From the NCBI GenBank assembly GCA_035276685.1, contig DATELK010000065.1, positions 10,387 through 74,386 of the forward strand: a stretch of 64,000 bases of DNA, read 5' to 3'. This document shows, piece by piece, positions 24,153-36,037 of this stretch (positions within the stretch are counted from its first letter, which is position 1; the number at the start of each line of letters is the position of its first letter). The stretch is from Pyrinomonadaceae bacterium (GTDB taxonomy: Bacteria > Acidobacteriota > Blastocatellia > Pyrinomonadales > Pyrinomonadaceae). The position numbers were made by a program, and so were the translations under genes. The notes beneath the pieces are model-generated. The model had not been told where the DNA came from. It ran no database searches and worked only from the letters and a program-made list of their open reading frames with translations.

Positions 24153-26101
<1,949 letters not shown>

Positions 26102-26154
26102 CAGTAACCCCTCTTCCGTAGGGCAGATTATTAGAACAACGATTATTGAATCAA

Positions 26155-26574
26155 CTACTCGGGGAGCGCGCCGCCCGGCTTCAGCGCCAGCGTGCAGCGC
26201 GAGACGCACACCATACGGTCGCGCTCGTCCTTTATCTCTATGGCCCAGACGTTCATCTGTCTTCCTATGTAGACGGGACGGGCTTCCGCCACCACGCGGC
26301 CCTTGGTCACAGAGCGCAGGTGATTGGCGTTTATCTCTACGCCGACGGGCGTGTAGCGTGTCAGGTCTGTGTTGAGCGCCGCGCCGATTGAGGCGGCAGT
26401 TTCGGCAAGCACGACCGAGACGCCGCCGTGCAGGAGCCCCGTGTACTGGTGAACGCGCTCTGTGACAGGCATGGAGAGAACAACGCGGTCTCGCTCGGCT
26501 GCCTCAACCGTGATGTCCAGAGTCTCAAGGACAGTGTGGCCTCGTCTGCTTCGCAAAGTTTCAAGCACGTTCAT
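26155..26574 (-). CDS. Hotdog-fold thioesterase (PaaI / DHNA-CoA hydrolase family)
   Basis: 139 aa. ...ERDRVVLSMPVTERVHQYTGLLHGGVSVVLAETAAS... is typical of PaaI-type thioesterases. Confidence 0.75.
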   Translation of the reverse strand: MNVLETLRSRRGHTVLETLDITVEAAERDRVVLSMPVTERVHQYTGLLHGGVSVVLAETAASIGAALNTDLTRYTPVGVEINANHLRSVTKGRVVAEARPVYIGRQMNVWAIEIKDERDRMVCVSRCTLALKPGGALPE

Positions 26575-26608
26575 CGTCGGTCTTCCTCTTCAGCAGTCAA
26601 CTCTACGG

Positions 26609-27781
26609 TCAGGATACTACCTGCTCTTCTTCTTCCACGCTCTGGGCGGCTTTCGTTTCCCGCCCGGCGCTTCTGCCGGACGCGCGCCAGCCCTGACCGC
26701 CCAGAATCTTTACGTCCACGAGCCCCGCGCGCTCGAACCACTCGGCCACCTCCGCGCTTGAGTAGCGGTTCTCAATCGGCGCGGAGAAGCGGTCGAACTG
26801 GTCTGTGTGCAGCACGCGGAAAGAGTACTTGCGATAATGGCCCAGCGGCACGCGGTCTGCCAGCCCGCTCGTACTACTGAAGCGCCCGAGCACTCGTGCA
26901 GGCGTGACGAAAGCCACTTCAAACCCGGCTGCTATCAACCAGGAGACTTTCTTCAAAAGATTATGGGGCATGCGAGTGGTGACGCGCCGCGCGGCTGTCA
27001 CGACGCCGAGCAGCGCCCGACGCCACGCCGCCTCGCCCTCAAGATTCCAGTAAAGATAGATGTTCATGAACCCGCCCTTGCGTAGAAGCTTGAGCAGCGA
27101 GCGGAAGCCCTTCTCAGGCTCCGGCAGGTGATGAAGCACGCCCAGGCTGTAGATGAAGTCGAAGGTGCCGGGCCGAAACGGCGGGCGATAGATGTCCGCC
27201 TGAACGAAGTGGGCGTTCGTGTGCGCGCGGTTGTTGCGCGCGGCGACCTCTATGGCCTGACTCAAGTCCATCGCAATGACTTCGCGCGCGGTCTTCGACA
27301 CGTAGTAGGTGTGGCGTCCCGTGCCGCATCCCGCGTCCAGCACTCGCTTGCCACGGAAGTCAGCGGGCGAAAAGCGCTCGAAGTACCAGAGAAAGTTCTT
27401 CTCGTAATCCTCGGGCAGTATCTCTGAGAAAGCCTGCCACTCGTAGCCGAAGCTGCGCGCCGTCTCTTTCTGCTTCGTAAGAGCCTTGTCCGTCTCGCCA
27501 GCATTCTTTGAAAGGACTTCCTGCGGCAACGCGTCTTCCGGCAAATGTTTCCCGTGCTCGCTATAAAATTCCGGGTGCATCTCCCACAGCATCGACTGAA
27601 GGTCTGCGGGCAGAAGGCGCGGGATGCCTCCTATGATTGGATAAGAGGCTCCGCACGCGCACCTTAAGAGGCCGCTTTCGGTCTCGTCTGCGGACGACAC
27701 ACTTTGCGCGTCGAAGCTCTCAAGCGAGAGCGCACCCGCACACACGGGGCAAACAATCAGCTCTAACAGGTTCTTCCTCAT
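26609..27781 (-). CDS. Class I SAM-dependent methyltransferase with N-terminal Trm112-like zinc ribbon
   Basis: LELIVCPVCAGALSL ... LRCACGASYPIIGGIPRLLP (Cys4 ribbon), then the VLDAGCGTGRHT SAM motif. Paralogue of 52352..53383. Confidence 0.8.
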   Translation of the reverse strand: MRKNLLELIVCPVCAGALSLESFDAQSVSSADETESGLLRCACGASYPIIGGIPRLLPADLQSMLWEMHPEFYSEHGKHLPEDALPQEVLSKNAGETDKALTKQKETARSFGYEWQAFSEILPEDYEKNFLWYFERFSPADFRGKRVLDAGCGTGRHTYYVSKTAREVIAMDLSQAIEVAARNNRAHTNAHFVQADIYRPPFRPGTFDFIYSLGVLHHLPEPEKGFRSLLKLLRKGGFMNIYLYWNLEGEAAWRRALLGVVTAARRVTTRMPHNLLKKVSWLIAAGFEVAFVTPARVLGRFSSTSGLADRVPLGHYRKYSFRVLHTDQFDRFSAPIENRYSSAEVAEWFERAGLVDVKILGGQGWRASGRSAGRETKAAQSVEEEEQVVS

Positions 27782-27801
27782 CTCTAATTACAGCAGCTTT
27801 C

Positions 27802-29373
27802 CTAAACCTTCTCGGCGACCGCACGGCTGGCGGCTGTGCTGTGGCTGTGCCCTCGATGACGGCGACGGCGTCTGTGGCGGCGCTTAGTTTGTCCTCCACC
27901 CTCTTCCACGTTGCCGTTCACGGTGGCGAGCGCGCAGAGCGTCAGGAAGAGAAGACCGTTGGCCGTCGTGTGCAGCGTGAAATCGAAGAAGCTGTGAACC
28001 AGCACGCCGAAGCAGCCTACCAATGCTCCCGTCGCCACGCCTCTTCTAAACGGGTCTTCCGTCTCGCGCCGCGCGAAGCCTTTGCGAAACAGCAGGCCGA
28101 CGAACGCGAGCGCTAATATAGCGCCGACAATGCCTGCGTCCGAGAGCACCTGTAGGTAATCGTTGTGCGCCTGCTCAAGACGGAACATGCCGTTGCGAGT
28201 ATCGTAGAGCGTGTAGGCCACGCCGAACGAGCCGAGCCCCGTTCCTATCAACGGATGGTCGCGTATTACCTGAAGCGCGCCGCGCCAGAAATGCGCGCGT
28301 CCCGTCGTAGGGTCTTGAGCATTCACAGTCCCTATAAAACGGCTCAGGACATCTTCGCCGCCGAAGAAGACCACGGCCGAGAAAATCACAGAGAGCAGGA
28401 CGAGAGCCAGCCCCGCTCTAATCATCAAAGAGCGCGCACGCCCGCGCTTTCTCTCAGACTGCTCCTCGTCGCGTCCTAGGCTCAGGCCCGTGATGCTGAA
28501 GAGAAAGATGGTCTCGGCGAAGAGGCTTATGATGCCGCCGCGCGAGTTGGTCATGACGAGCGCAATCGCCATCATCACGGCCGCGAAGATACAGAGAAGG
28601 CGCTTCTCGCTCTCAACCGCGCCCGCGAGCAGCAAGCCCGCAGTCAACCCCAGCGCCATCTCCATGTAGGCCGCGAAGTGATGCCGGTTAATGAACGGCC
28701 CGAAAGCGGTGCTCTGGCCCAGTTCCTTTATCCCGTAGATTCTGGTGGGCGAGACGAAGGACTGCGTGAGTCCGAAGATGGCGAGCGCGAAGCTGAAGAT
28801 GACGATGGTGTAGGTGACTACGCGCAGGCGGCGCGGGCTGTCTATGAAGACGAGCGCCGCCGCGAAATAGACCAGTAGCGCCACGAGCTGAACCAGTATG
28901 AGGCGCGTTGAGTACGGGTCGAGCGAGAGAGTGCGCGCAGCCGCTACACCACTCGCGGCCTCAAGCGGAGCGCTACCGATTGGCAGAAGCTGTATCAGTC
29001 CCAGCAGGCAGATTCCCAGAAGCGGCAGTTGCAGCGAGTTGCGGCTCAGGCGTAAGGTGCGGCTGCGCCATGCGTCCACGGCCCAGAAGATGATGACGAG
29101 AGCGGCGCTCGACTGAAAGAGGGCGAGCGCCCAGTAATGCACCGTGCCGTAGGCGAGGGTCGAGAGCACCAGCGCCATGCAAAGTATCAGTATGATGAAG
29201 CGGCTGGCTACCGTGTGAACGAGACGGCTCGGAGGCGCTCCCTCTTGAAGAGAGCCGCCGTCGCTAACGCGCGCCTGCGCCCCTTGCGCCAGCTTCTCTG
29301 CCTGTGAGTTGGAGATTGAAGTCGTCATACCAAACAGTGCCGAAGATGGGGCACACGCCGCCCTCTGCGGCAC
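27802..29373 (-). CDS. O-antigen ligase / Wzy-like polytopic membrane protein (second copy)
   Basis: TNSRGGIISLFAE ... LEQAHNDYLQVLSDAGIVG, with many TM helices and an Arg/His-rich C-terminal tail. The N-terminus overlaps the upstream gene by 65-110 nt depending on the start (ATG at 29373 or 29328). Confidence 0.75.
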   Translation of the reverse strand: MPQRAACAPSSALFGMTTSISNSQAEKLAQGAQARVSDGGSLQEGAPPSRLVHTVASRFIILILCMALVLSTLAYGTVHYWALALFQSSAALVIIFWAVDAWRSRTLRLSRNSLQLPLLGICLLGLIQLLPIGSAPLEAASGVAAARTLSLDPYSTRLILVQLVALLVYFAAALVFIDSPRRLRVVTYTIVIFSFALAIFGLTQSFVSPTRIYGIKELGQSTAFGPFINRHHFAAYMEMALGLTAGLLLAGAVESEKRLLCIFAAVMMAIALVMTNSRGGIISLFAETIFLFSITGLSLGRDEEQSERKRGRARSLMIRAGLALVLLSVIFSAVVFFGGEDVLSRFIGTVNAQDPTTGRAHFWRGALQVIRDHPLIGTGLGSFGVAYTLYDTRNGMFRLEQAHNDYLQVLSDAGIVGAILALAFVGLLFRKGFARRETEDPFRRGVATGALVGCFGVLVHSFFDFTLHTTANGLLFLTLCALATVNGNVEEGGGQTKRRHRRRRRHRGHSHSTAASRAVAEKV

Positions 29374-30601
29374 ACGTCGCGCGGCCGATGCTTAAGATTA
29401 TCCCGTCCACATCGGCCGGAACCTTGAAGTCCATAGAGATTTTCTGCCAGTCGCTGTCGCCCGCCGTCGCCTGCGCGGATTCCGCAAGCCTTGCCTTGTC
29501 CACGGCGCTCAGAATCCTGACGACCGGCGTGGCGGCGCTCTTCAAACCGCTCGTGCGAACATAAAAGGTCAGATGATAATTAGCGCTCGGCTCGACCGCT
29601 ATCAACTGCGAGATGTTAAGCTCGAAGGGGTCGGGCGCGTTTAAGTTGACTCTGAGGCTCATCTCGCCCGCTTGCGCTTTGCCGGGGTCAAGGGAGGCGC
29701 GGGCCTGCGCCGTGCTCGGCACGTTCCACGTGAAGAGGTCTGTGGCGTCCTGCTTGACGCCTCCCTCAAAGCTTCCGTTAGAGACCTTCCCGACCTCAAG
29801 GCCCGCCTGCTCCTGAGAGATGTCACGCAAGCTTTCGAGCGCCATGCGGTAACGCTTCTCCGCGACCAGCGTATCCGTCAGGAGCTTGCCCGTCGTCTCG
29901 AACTCCTTCTTCTGCTCGCGGCTAAAGCCCGACCAGATTTGTATCGCCTCGTTCAGCTGCTTGCGGCCCAGCAGGTACGCGACCAGTTCTGAGCGCACCG
30001 AGGGCGAGTCTCCGAGCGCGCGGCTCATCGTCCCAACGTCCCCGCCATAAATCATCCAGGCGTAATCAAAGACCGCGCCGCGCTTCGTGGGGTCTTCTTC
30101 CGCCACGCGGCGCAGCTCCGTCATAGCCTCGTCGAAGCGGCCTCGCCTCAGCAGAAAGTTTCCCAGATGCCAGCGCGGCCATGAGTAATAGGGCGCAAGC
30201 TCTACGGCGCGGCGCAGAGCGCGCTCGCTCCCGGCAAAGTTTCCCGCCTGCTCCTCTGCCCTTCCCAAATCCGTCCAGAGACGAAAGTCCCTAGGCGAAA
30301 GACTCACGGCCCTTTTGTACTCGCCGATTGCCGCTTGCAGGTCGTTTGCCCCGACGCCTCTTTGCAGCACTGTGCCGAGCGCCCAGCGAGCCAGCGGGTC
30401 GTCGGGCGAAAGGCGCGCGGCAGTCTGCGCCGCGCTGAGAGAGTTCTCGGGCAGGTATGGCGCGGCCAGCGCTATCTCGCTTCCGCCGTACCAACGGAAC
30501 GCGAGCCACGAGCAGAGGAGCGCCGCGAGCGCTACGACTATGAGCAGAGCGCGCGCTAGCGTGCTGCCCGCGTCTATGAGCTTTAACTGGTCGGAAGCCA
30601 C
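29264..30601 (-). CDS. Membrane-anchored TPR-repeat protein with C-terminal CBM4/9-like carbohydrate-binding domain
   Basis: N-terminal TM (ALLIVVALAALLCSWLAF). TPR units (AIGEYKRAVSLSPRDFRLWTDLGRAEEQAGNFAGSERALRRAVELAP...). C-terminal NGSFEGG... beta-sandwich signature. Confidence 0.65.
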   Translation of the reverse strand: MASDQLKLIDAGSTLARALLIVVALAALLCSWLAFRWYGGSEIALAAPYLPENSLSAAQTAARLSPDDPLARWALGTVLQRGVGANDLQAAIGEYKRAVSLSPRDFRLWTDLGRAEEQAGNFAGSERALRRAVELAPYYSWPRWHLGNFLLRRGRFDEAMTELRRVAEEDPTKRGAVFDYAWMIYGGDVGTMSRALGDSPSVRSELVAYLLGRKQLNEAIQIWSGFSREQKKEFETTGKLLTDTLVAEKRYRMALESLRDISQEQAGLEVGKVSNGSFEGGVKQDATDLFTWNVPSTAQARASLDPGKAQAGEMSLRVNLNAPDPFELNISQLIAVEPSANYHLTFYVRTSGLKSAATPVVRILSAVDKARLAESAQATAGDSDWQKISMDFKVPADVDGIILSIGRATCAAEGGVCPIFGTVWYDDFNLQLTGREAGARGAGAR

Positions 30602-30654
30602 AATAGGAATCAGAGAAAATCTTAAAACGGGAATCTAAAAAATCTCGCGCGCTC

Positions 30655-32454
30655 TTAGTCTTCGTCCACCTGCTCTATCTTAATCAGCATGCGCTTGAGC
30701 GAGACGTTCACCTCTCGGCAGTCGTCCAGAATCTCGCGCACGCGCTCCTTTGAAATCTTTGAGCTTGAGATGAGTATCTCGTCAATGCGCTGGTCGCTGC
30801 AAATGCTCTGCAAAGAGCCGTTGCCGCCATACACCTTCAGCCCGTGTATGACCTTTCCCTTCTTGTTCGGGTCGTCGTCAATGAAGCCCACGGGCGCGTA
30901 CTTCAAGTCGCGGTTATTGCGAAGCTCTCTCAGTAGAAGCTCGCCCCCATCGCCCGCGCCGTAAATCAGTATCCGTGCGCCTTCAAGCGACTGCGGCTGC
31001 GGCAGCACCTGCCGGAACAGTCGGAACGCCATGCGGCTCCCGGCCACCATCATCAGCAGTATTATCGCGTCAACTATGAAGACCGTGCGCGACACGCCCT
31101 CGAACCTGAAGGCGAAGAGCACGGCCAGCAGGCTCGCGACGGAGCTTATCACCACGGCCTTTGCGAAGACCACGAGGTCGTCAACGCTCGTGTATCGCCA
31201 GATGCCTCTGTAGACGCCCATCACCAGAAACGTAGCCATCTTGACGAACAGTATGACGGGCAGCGTGCGGAAGAAGATGGTGCGCGCGGTGCTTTCCGAC
31301 ATGGGCCCGAAGCGCAGGACGTATGCCAGATAATAAGAGAGGATGATAAGCACAAGGTCCAGCATCACCTCGAAGATCCTGCGCTTGTAGGAGAGGTCAA
31401 CCAGAAAGGCGGAGAGCGGTTTCTCGCGCGCCGCCTGAGCATCCTTCTCGTCGTAAACCTTCACGCCCGAGAGATAAACGCCGAGCAGAGTCAGCACCAC
31501 CGTGAAGCCCGAGACGGCGGCTATGCTCATGTCCGGCTCCATCTGCCTGACCAGCAGCGCCAGAAGTCCGGAGAGAGCGGCGAAGCCGTAGAGCATCAGC
31601 ACCGCGCGGCGCTCGGACATCCCCAGCGCCACGAGCCTATGCGAAGTGTGGTCGCGCCCGCCTTGCCTGACGGCACGGCCCGACAATTTGCGCACGACCG
31701 TCACGAGCGTAGTGTCGAAGATAGGGATAAACAGGATAAGAATCGGCACGGCCAGCACGGGCAGAAACGAGCGCGAGCGCCCGCCCGAGACACTCATCAA
31801 AGCCGTGCTCGCGATAAAGAAGCCTATGAACATGGAGCCGCAGTCGCCCATGAAAATCGAGGCCGGGTTCGAGTTGTAGGCCAGGAAGCCTACGAGCGCG
31901 GCGGCGAAGACGGCCAGCATGGAGGCTTCCACGAACTGGCCGTTGGCGATGAAGCTCAGGGCCAGAAAGATTGAGGCGATGGCCGCGATGCCCGCCGCCA
32001 GCCCGTCCATGTTGTCCAGCAGGTTGATGGCGTTGGTGATGCCTATCAGCCAGAAGATGGTGATGGCTATGTTGACGGTGTGCGAGCTTGTCCACGGCAG
32101 GCTCAGGCCGTAATAGATGATGAAGGCCGCGCCCATCACCTGCCCTATCAGCTTCTGGTAGGGCTTGGCGTGAAAGATGTCGTCGGCCAGTCCCATCAGA
32201 AAGAGAAAGGTGCTTGAGCCTATGACGACCCAGCCGTAGGGCGTGTGCTCTATGAAGAGTAGATAAGGGATGACGACCGAAAGCCAGATGCCTGTGCCGC
32301 CGAGCATGGCCGTGGGCTTCTTGTGCCAGCGGTCAATCTTGGGCTTGGCGACCATGCCTACGCGGCGCGCGACGAGGCGCACCAATGGCGTCAGGATGAG
32401 CGAAAGAGCAAAAGCGAGCGCTATGGCAGTAATCTGTAGCGTATCGAAAGGCAT
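30655..32454 (-). CDS. WecA/MraY-family polyprenyl-phosphate hexose-1-P/HexNAc-1-P transferase fused to a C-terminal TM + CoA-binding-like (WbpM/WbaP N-terminal type) domain
   Basis: GLADDIFHAKP, NAINLLDNMDGLAAG, FMGDCGSMFIGF (GT4/MraY-type). After more TM helices comes ILIYGAGDGGELLLRELRNNRDLKYAPVGFIDDDPNKKGKVIHGLKVYG. ATG 32454 (MPFDTLQI...) is preferred over the track GTG at 32517. Confidence 0.8.
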   Translation of the reverse strand: MPFDTLQITAIALAFALSLILTPLVRLVARRVGMVAKPKIDRWHKKPTAMLGGTGIWLSVVIPYLLFIEHTPYGWVVIGSSTFLFLMGLADDIFHAKPYQKLIGQVMGAAFIIYYGLSLPWTSSHTVNIAITIFWLIGITNAINLLDNMDGLAAGIAAIASIFLALSFIANGQFVEASMLAVFAAALVGFLAYNSNPASIFMGDCGSMFIGFFIASTALMSVSGGRSRSFLPVLAVPILILFIPIFDTTLVTVVRKLSGRAVRQGGRDHTSHRLVALGMSERRAVLMLYGFAALSGLLALLVRQMEPDMSIAAVSGFTVVLTLLGVYLSGVKVYDEKDAQAAREKPLSAFLVDLSYKRRIFEVMLDLVLIILSYYLAYVLRFGPMSESTARTIFFRTLPVILFVKMATFLVMGVYRGIWRYTSVDDLVVFAKAVVISSVASLLAVLFAFRFEGVSRTVFIVDAIILLMMVAGSRMAFRLFRQVLPQPQSLEGARILIYGAGDGGELLLRELRNNRDLKYAPVGFIDDDPNKKGKVIHGLKVYGGNGSLQSICSDQRIDEILISSSKISKERVREILDDCREVNVSLKRMLIKIEQVDED

Positions 32455-32524
32455 GGCTTGAAAGATTTCCGGCGAATCTGAAACCCTAGTAGATTGCGCG
32501 CGACAAATCAAGCGCACAGAAAGG

Positions 32525-32613
32525 AATTAACAGGGATAGACAGGATAGACAGGATAAAGAAGAAGCAAGCTCTTCTCTTTTTATCCTGTCTATCCTGTCT
32601 ATCCCTGTTAATT
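32525..32613. repeat. CAGGAT-hairpin repeat, copy A (palindromic ~85-bp intergenic element)
   Basis: AATTAACAGGGATAGACAGGATAGACAGGATAAA ... TTTATCCTGTCTATCCTGTCTATCCCTGTTAATT. The arms match perfectly for about 33 nt, and each arm carries three CAGGAT motifs. It lies 14 nt downstream of the stop of 32627..33646. Confidence 0.9.
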
Positions 32614-32626
32614 TCTCTTCCTCAAT

Positions 32627-33646
32627 CTAAGCTTGTGTGGCGGATTTCTGGCCGGTGTTGAAGATGCGCCCGCGCGGCTCGCCCTCCGCGTCGCTGTAAT
32701 AGTTGATGACGGTCTGGAGGATGCCGTCCAGAGACATGCGCGGGCTGAAGCCCACGAGCGATTGAACCTTGGAGATGTCGGGAACCCTTCGAGGCATGTC
32801 CTCGAAGCCCTCTTCGTAAGCCTCGTCGTAAGGCACGTAGACAATCTCGGAGGATGAGCTGGTCAGAGCCTTGACGCGCTCGGCCAGCTCACCGATTGTC
32901 ACCTCTTCGTTGGAGCCTATGTTGAATACCTGCCCGACCGCCTCGTCATGCTCCATCAGGCCAATCAGCGCCTCCACCACGTCGCCCACGTAGCCGAAGC
33001 AGCGCGACTGTTTGCCGTCGCCGTAAACCGTGATGGGACGGCCCGCCATGGCCTGCTTGACGAAGGTCGGGATGACCATGCCGTACTGGCCCGTCTGTCT
33101 GGGGCCTACGGTGTTGAAGAGGCGCACCACTACCGTCGGCAGCCGTTTCTCGCGCCAGTAGGCGAGGGCCAGAAACTCGTCAATCGCTTTGGAGCAGGCG
33201 TAAGACCAGCGCCCCTTCGTCGTCGCTCCCATGACAAGCTGCCCGTCCTCTCGGAAAGGCACTTCCGTTGAGAGGCCGTAGACTTCCGAGGTGGAAGCTA
33301 TGAGCACCTTCTTCTTCTTCTTGTTGGCGAGCGAGAGCATGACCTCCGTGCCATGCACGTTGGTCTCTATGGTTCTGACGGGGCTCTCAACTATGAGCTT
33401 GACTCCGACGGCTGCGGCCAGATGAAAAATCACGTCGCACTGGTCTACAAGCTCGGCCATCACGGGCAGGTTGCTCACAGAATCAATCGTGTAGTGAAAG
33501 CGCGGCTGTTCCTTGAGGTGCGCGATGTTCAGGAAGCTTCCCGTGGAGAGGTCGTCGACGACGAAGACCTCGTCGCCGCGCTCAATGTAGGCGTCCGACA
33601 GATGAGAGCCTATGAAGCCCGCGCCGCCCGTAATCAACACTCGCAT
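32627..33646 (-). CDS. NAD-dependent nucleotide-sugar epimerase/dehydratase (extended SDR; UXS/ArnA-C-terminal-like clade)
   Basis: MRVLITGGAGFIGSHL, STSEVYG, RWSYACSKAIDE (YxxxK). The substrate cannot be assigned from the sequence. Confidence 0.75.
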   Translation of the reverse strand: MRVLITGGAGFIGSHLSDAYIERGDEVFVVDDLSTGSFLNIAHLKEQPRFHYTIDSVSNLPVMAELVDQCDVIFHLAAAVGVKLIVESPVRTIETNVHGTEVMLSLANKKKKKVLIASTSEVYGLSTEVPFREDGQLVMGATTKGRWSYACSKAIDEFLALAYWREKRLPTVVVRLFNTVGPRQTGQYGMVIPTFVKQAMAGRPITVYGDGKQSRCFGYVGDVVEALIGLMEHDEAVGQVFNIGSNEEVTIGELAERVKALTSSSSEIVYVPYDEAYEEGFEDMPRRVPDISKVQSLVGFSPRMSLDGILQTVINYYSDAEGEPRGRIFNTGQKSATQA

Positions 33647-33677
33647 TCTACTTTTGTCTCCATTCTTAAAACGTCCC

Positions 33678-34691
33678 CTATGATTCCTGATAGCCTTCAG
33701 GGTGCGACTCGTGCCACTGCCACGCAGTCCCTATTATCTCTTCGAGCGAAGGGTAGCGCGGCTTCCAGCCTAGGACTTCAAACGCTTTGCTGGCGTCCGC
33801 CACCAGATGCGAAGGGTCGCCTGCGCGTCTGGCCTCGAATCGAACCTCAATCTCTTTGCCCGTCACGCGCCGCGCCGCCTCAATCACTTCCAGCACAGAA
33901 TAGCCCTGCCCGTTGCCCAGATTGAAGGCCGCGGACTCTCCGCCGCGCCCGAGGTAATCGAGCGCCGCAAGGTGCGCGCTCGCGAGGTCTGAGACGTGTA
34001 TGTAATCGCGCACGCAGGTTCCGTCCGGCGTAGGATAGTCACGACCGAAGACGGAGATGTGCGAGCGCTTGCCCTGAGCCGCAAAGAGCACGAGCGGTAT
34101 CAGGTGCGTCTCGGGCGTGTGGTCTTCGCCGCACGCCTCTGTTGCCCCGGCGGCGTTGAAGTATCGAAGCGCGACGAACCTTAAGCCGTAAGCGCGGTCG
34201 TAATCCCTCATGATTCTTTCCATGAAGAGCTTTGACGCGCCGTACGGGTTCGTAGGGTTCTGCGGGTGCTCTTCATGTAGCGGCAAGCCCTGCGGCTCGC
34301 CGTAGGTCGCGCAGGTGGAAGAGAAGACTATCTGCCTGACGTTTGAATCGAGCAGCGCATCGAGCAGCCGTATCCCCTGCGCGACGTTGTTCTGATAATA
34401 GCGCGCGGGCTTCTCCACGGACTCGCCGACGTAGGCGAAGGCCGCAAAGTGTATGCAGGCTTTCACGTCATGCTCGCTAACAATCCGGCGCACAAGCTCC
34501 GACTCGCCAATGCTTCCATGATAAAAGGGGACGCCTTCAAAGACCGCCTGCCTGTGGCCGTAGACAAGATTGTCTAGCACCACCACCTGCCTGCCCTCCG
34601 CGAGCAGCATCTCCACGGTGGCGCTGCCTATGTAGCCCGCGCCGCCCGTCACCAGCACCGTGCCCTTCTCCCGCCCGCTACTCTGACTCAA
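33678..34691 (-). CDS. galE: UDP-glucose 4-epimerase
   Basis: [70 protein letters not shown]. Canonical GalE. Confidence 0.9.
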   Translation of the reverse strand: MSQSSGREKGTVLVTGGAGYIGSATVEMLLAEGRQVVVLDNLVYGHRQAVFEGVPFYHGSIGESELVRRIVSEHDVKACIHFAAFAYVGESVEKPARYYQNNVAQGIRLLDALLDSNVRQIVFSSTCATYGEPQGLPLHEEHPQNPTNPYGASKLFMERIMRDYDRAYGLRFVALRYFNAAGATEACGEDHTPETHLIPLVLFAAQGKRSHISVFGRDYPTPDGTCVRDYIHVSDLASAHLAALDYLGRGGESAAFNLGNGQGYSVLEVIEAARRVTGKEIEVRFEARRAGDPSHLVADASKAFEVLGWKPRYPSLEEIIGTAWQWHESHPEGYQES

Positions 34692-34704
34692 AGAAGCTTC
34701 CCCT

Positions 34705-36027
34705 TCATCTTCCTCCGCCCAGACCCTGCAAGACGGCCTTGTGCGTCTTCCCGCCCATCAGCATCTCCCGGTAGAGGCCCGACACGTCCTTCAACAGCCG
34801 CTCCTTCGAGTAGCTCGTTTCGACAAAGCTTGCCCCGCGCTCGCCCATCTCGCGGCGCAAAGTTTCGCTCTCAATCAAACAGGCCAGAGCTTCGGCGAAG
34901 GCTTCGGCGTTGCCGGGCTCTACCAGCACGCCGCGCTCACGCAGAGTGTAGCCTACAGGCGCGCTCCCGGCTAATGCGGAGCTATTCTCCTCGCCCAAGA
35001 GGTCTACGACACCGCCCACGCCCGTGGCGACGACGGCGCGACCATTCGCCATCGCCTCAATCAGAGTAAGCGGCGTCCCTTCGTTCAAAGATGTCAGCGC
35101 CACTATGTCCAGCGCCGGGTAAAGCCTTTCGAGGTCGCTTCGCGTACCCATAAAAGTTACGTCCGTCTGAACCTGAAGCTCGCGCGCCTGAGCCTCAAGC
35201 CCCGCGCGCAGGTGCCCGTCGCCGATAATCAGGAAACGAACGCGCCTATCATTCTTTCCGTGCAGCTCCCTGTAGCGCGCGACCGCTTTGAGAAAGAGCG
35301 AGTGGTTCTTGACCTCCGTGAGCCTGCCGATTATACCCACGGCCACGTCCTCGTCACCCAGGCCCAGCTCATCGCGCATCAGCTTACGTCGCGAGCGCCA
35401 GTCCGCGAAAGCCGAGGTGTCCAGCCCCAGAGGGATGACGGCAAACTGCTTTTCGCGACCTACATGAAACTCGCTGTGAATCTCCCTGTACTGCTGCGGG
35501 CTGATGGCGATGATGCGGTCTGTAGCCAGTAGGGCCAGCATCTTTTCTATCGCCAGAAAGAGGCGCGTCTTCAGGTGGCCGTAGTAGCTGTGGAAGATGT
35601 GGCCGTGATAGGTGTGAACGAAGAGGCACGAGCGCCTTCGGCCGAGAAGCGCGCCCGGCGTGAGCCAACTGTAGAGCAGCCCCGCGAGGCGTCCCACAGT
35701 CCCGGCCTTGGCCGTGTGCGTGTGAACAATGTCGGGCCGCCACTTCAGAAAAAGACGATAGAGCTTCCAGACGGTCACTATGTCTTTCGGAGAAATCTCG
35801 CGGCTCATCTGCGGGATAATTATCGGCGAGACGCCGTGCTCTGCGGCGAAGTAGCTCATGTCGTCTTCGCCGGGCGGAACCCGGCCCGTCACGAGCAGCG
35901 TCTTCCAACCCTCACGCTCAAGCCCTTCGTTCAACCAGACGACGTGGCGCGCGGGCCCGCCGACGTTGAGACGGGCGATGATACGCACTACCTTCGGATA
36001 AAGCTCGCCTGAGCCGACTTCACTCAT
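34705..36027 (-). CDS. Glycosyltransferase family 4 (GT-B, Glycos_transf_1)
   Basis: [17 protein letters not shown]; C-terminal [27 protein letters not shown] (EX7E-type region). Confidence 0.85.
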   Translation of the reverse strand: MSEVGSGELYPKVVRIIARLNVGGPARHVVWLNEGLEREGWKTLLVTGRVPPGEDDMSYFAAEHGVSPIIIPQMSREISPKDIVTVWKLYRLFLKWRPDIVHTHTAKAGTVGRLAGLLYSWLTPGALLGRRRSCLFVHTYHGHIFHSYYGHLKTRLFLAIEKMLALLATDRIIAISPQQYREIHSEFHVGREKQFAVIPLGLDTSAFADWRSRRKLMRDELGLGDEDVAVGIIGRLTEVKNHSLFLKAVARYRELHGKNDRRVRFLIIGDGHLRAGLEAQARELQVQTDVTFMGTRSDLERLYPALDIVALTSLNEGTPLTLIEAMANGRAVVATGVGGVVDLLGEENSSALAGSAPVGYTLRERGVLVEPGNAEAFAEALACLIESETLRREMGERGASFVETSYSKERLLKDVSGLYREMLMGGKTHKAVLQGLGGGR

Positions 36028-36037
36028 TTACTTCAGT

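Noticed and set aside
26102-26209. 36-codon N-terminal extension of the UXS ORF in the track
   Set aside because: It overlaps the 3' end of the thioesterase gene and precedes a good SD + ATG at 26101, which gives the canonical MRIVVTGGAGF Rossmann start.
33308-33322. (CTT)5 trinucleotide repeat encoding Lys5 in the SDR gene, a possible phase-variation tract
   Set aside because: Slippage of a trinucleotide repeat keeps the reading frame, and five units is short. There is no evidence of switching potential.
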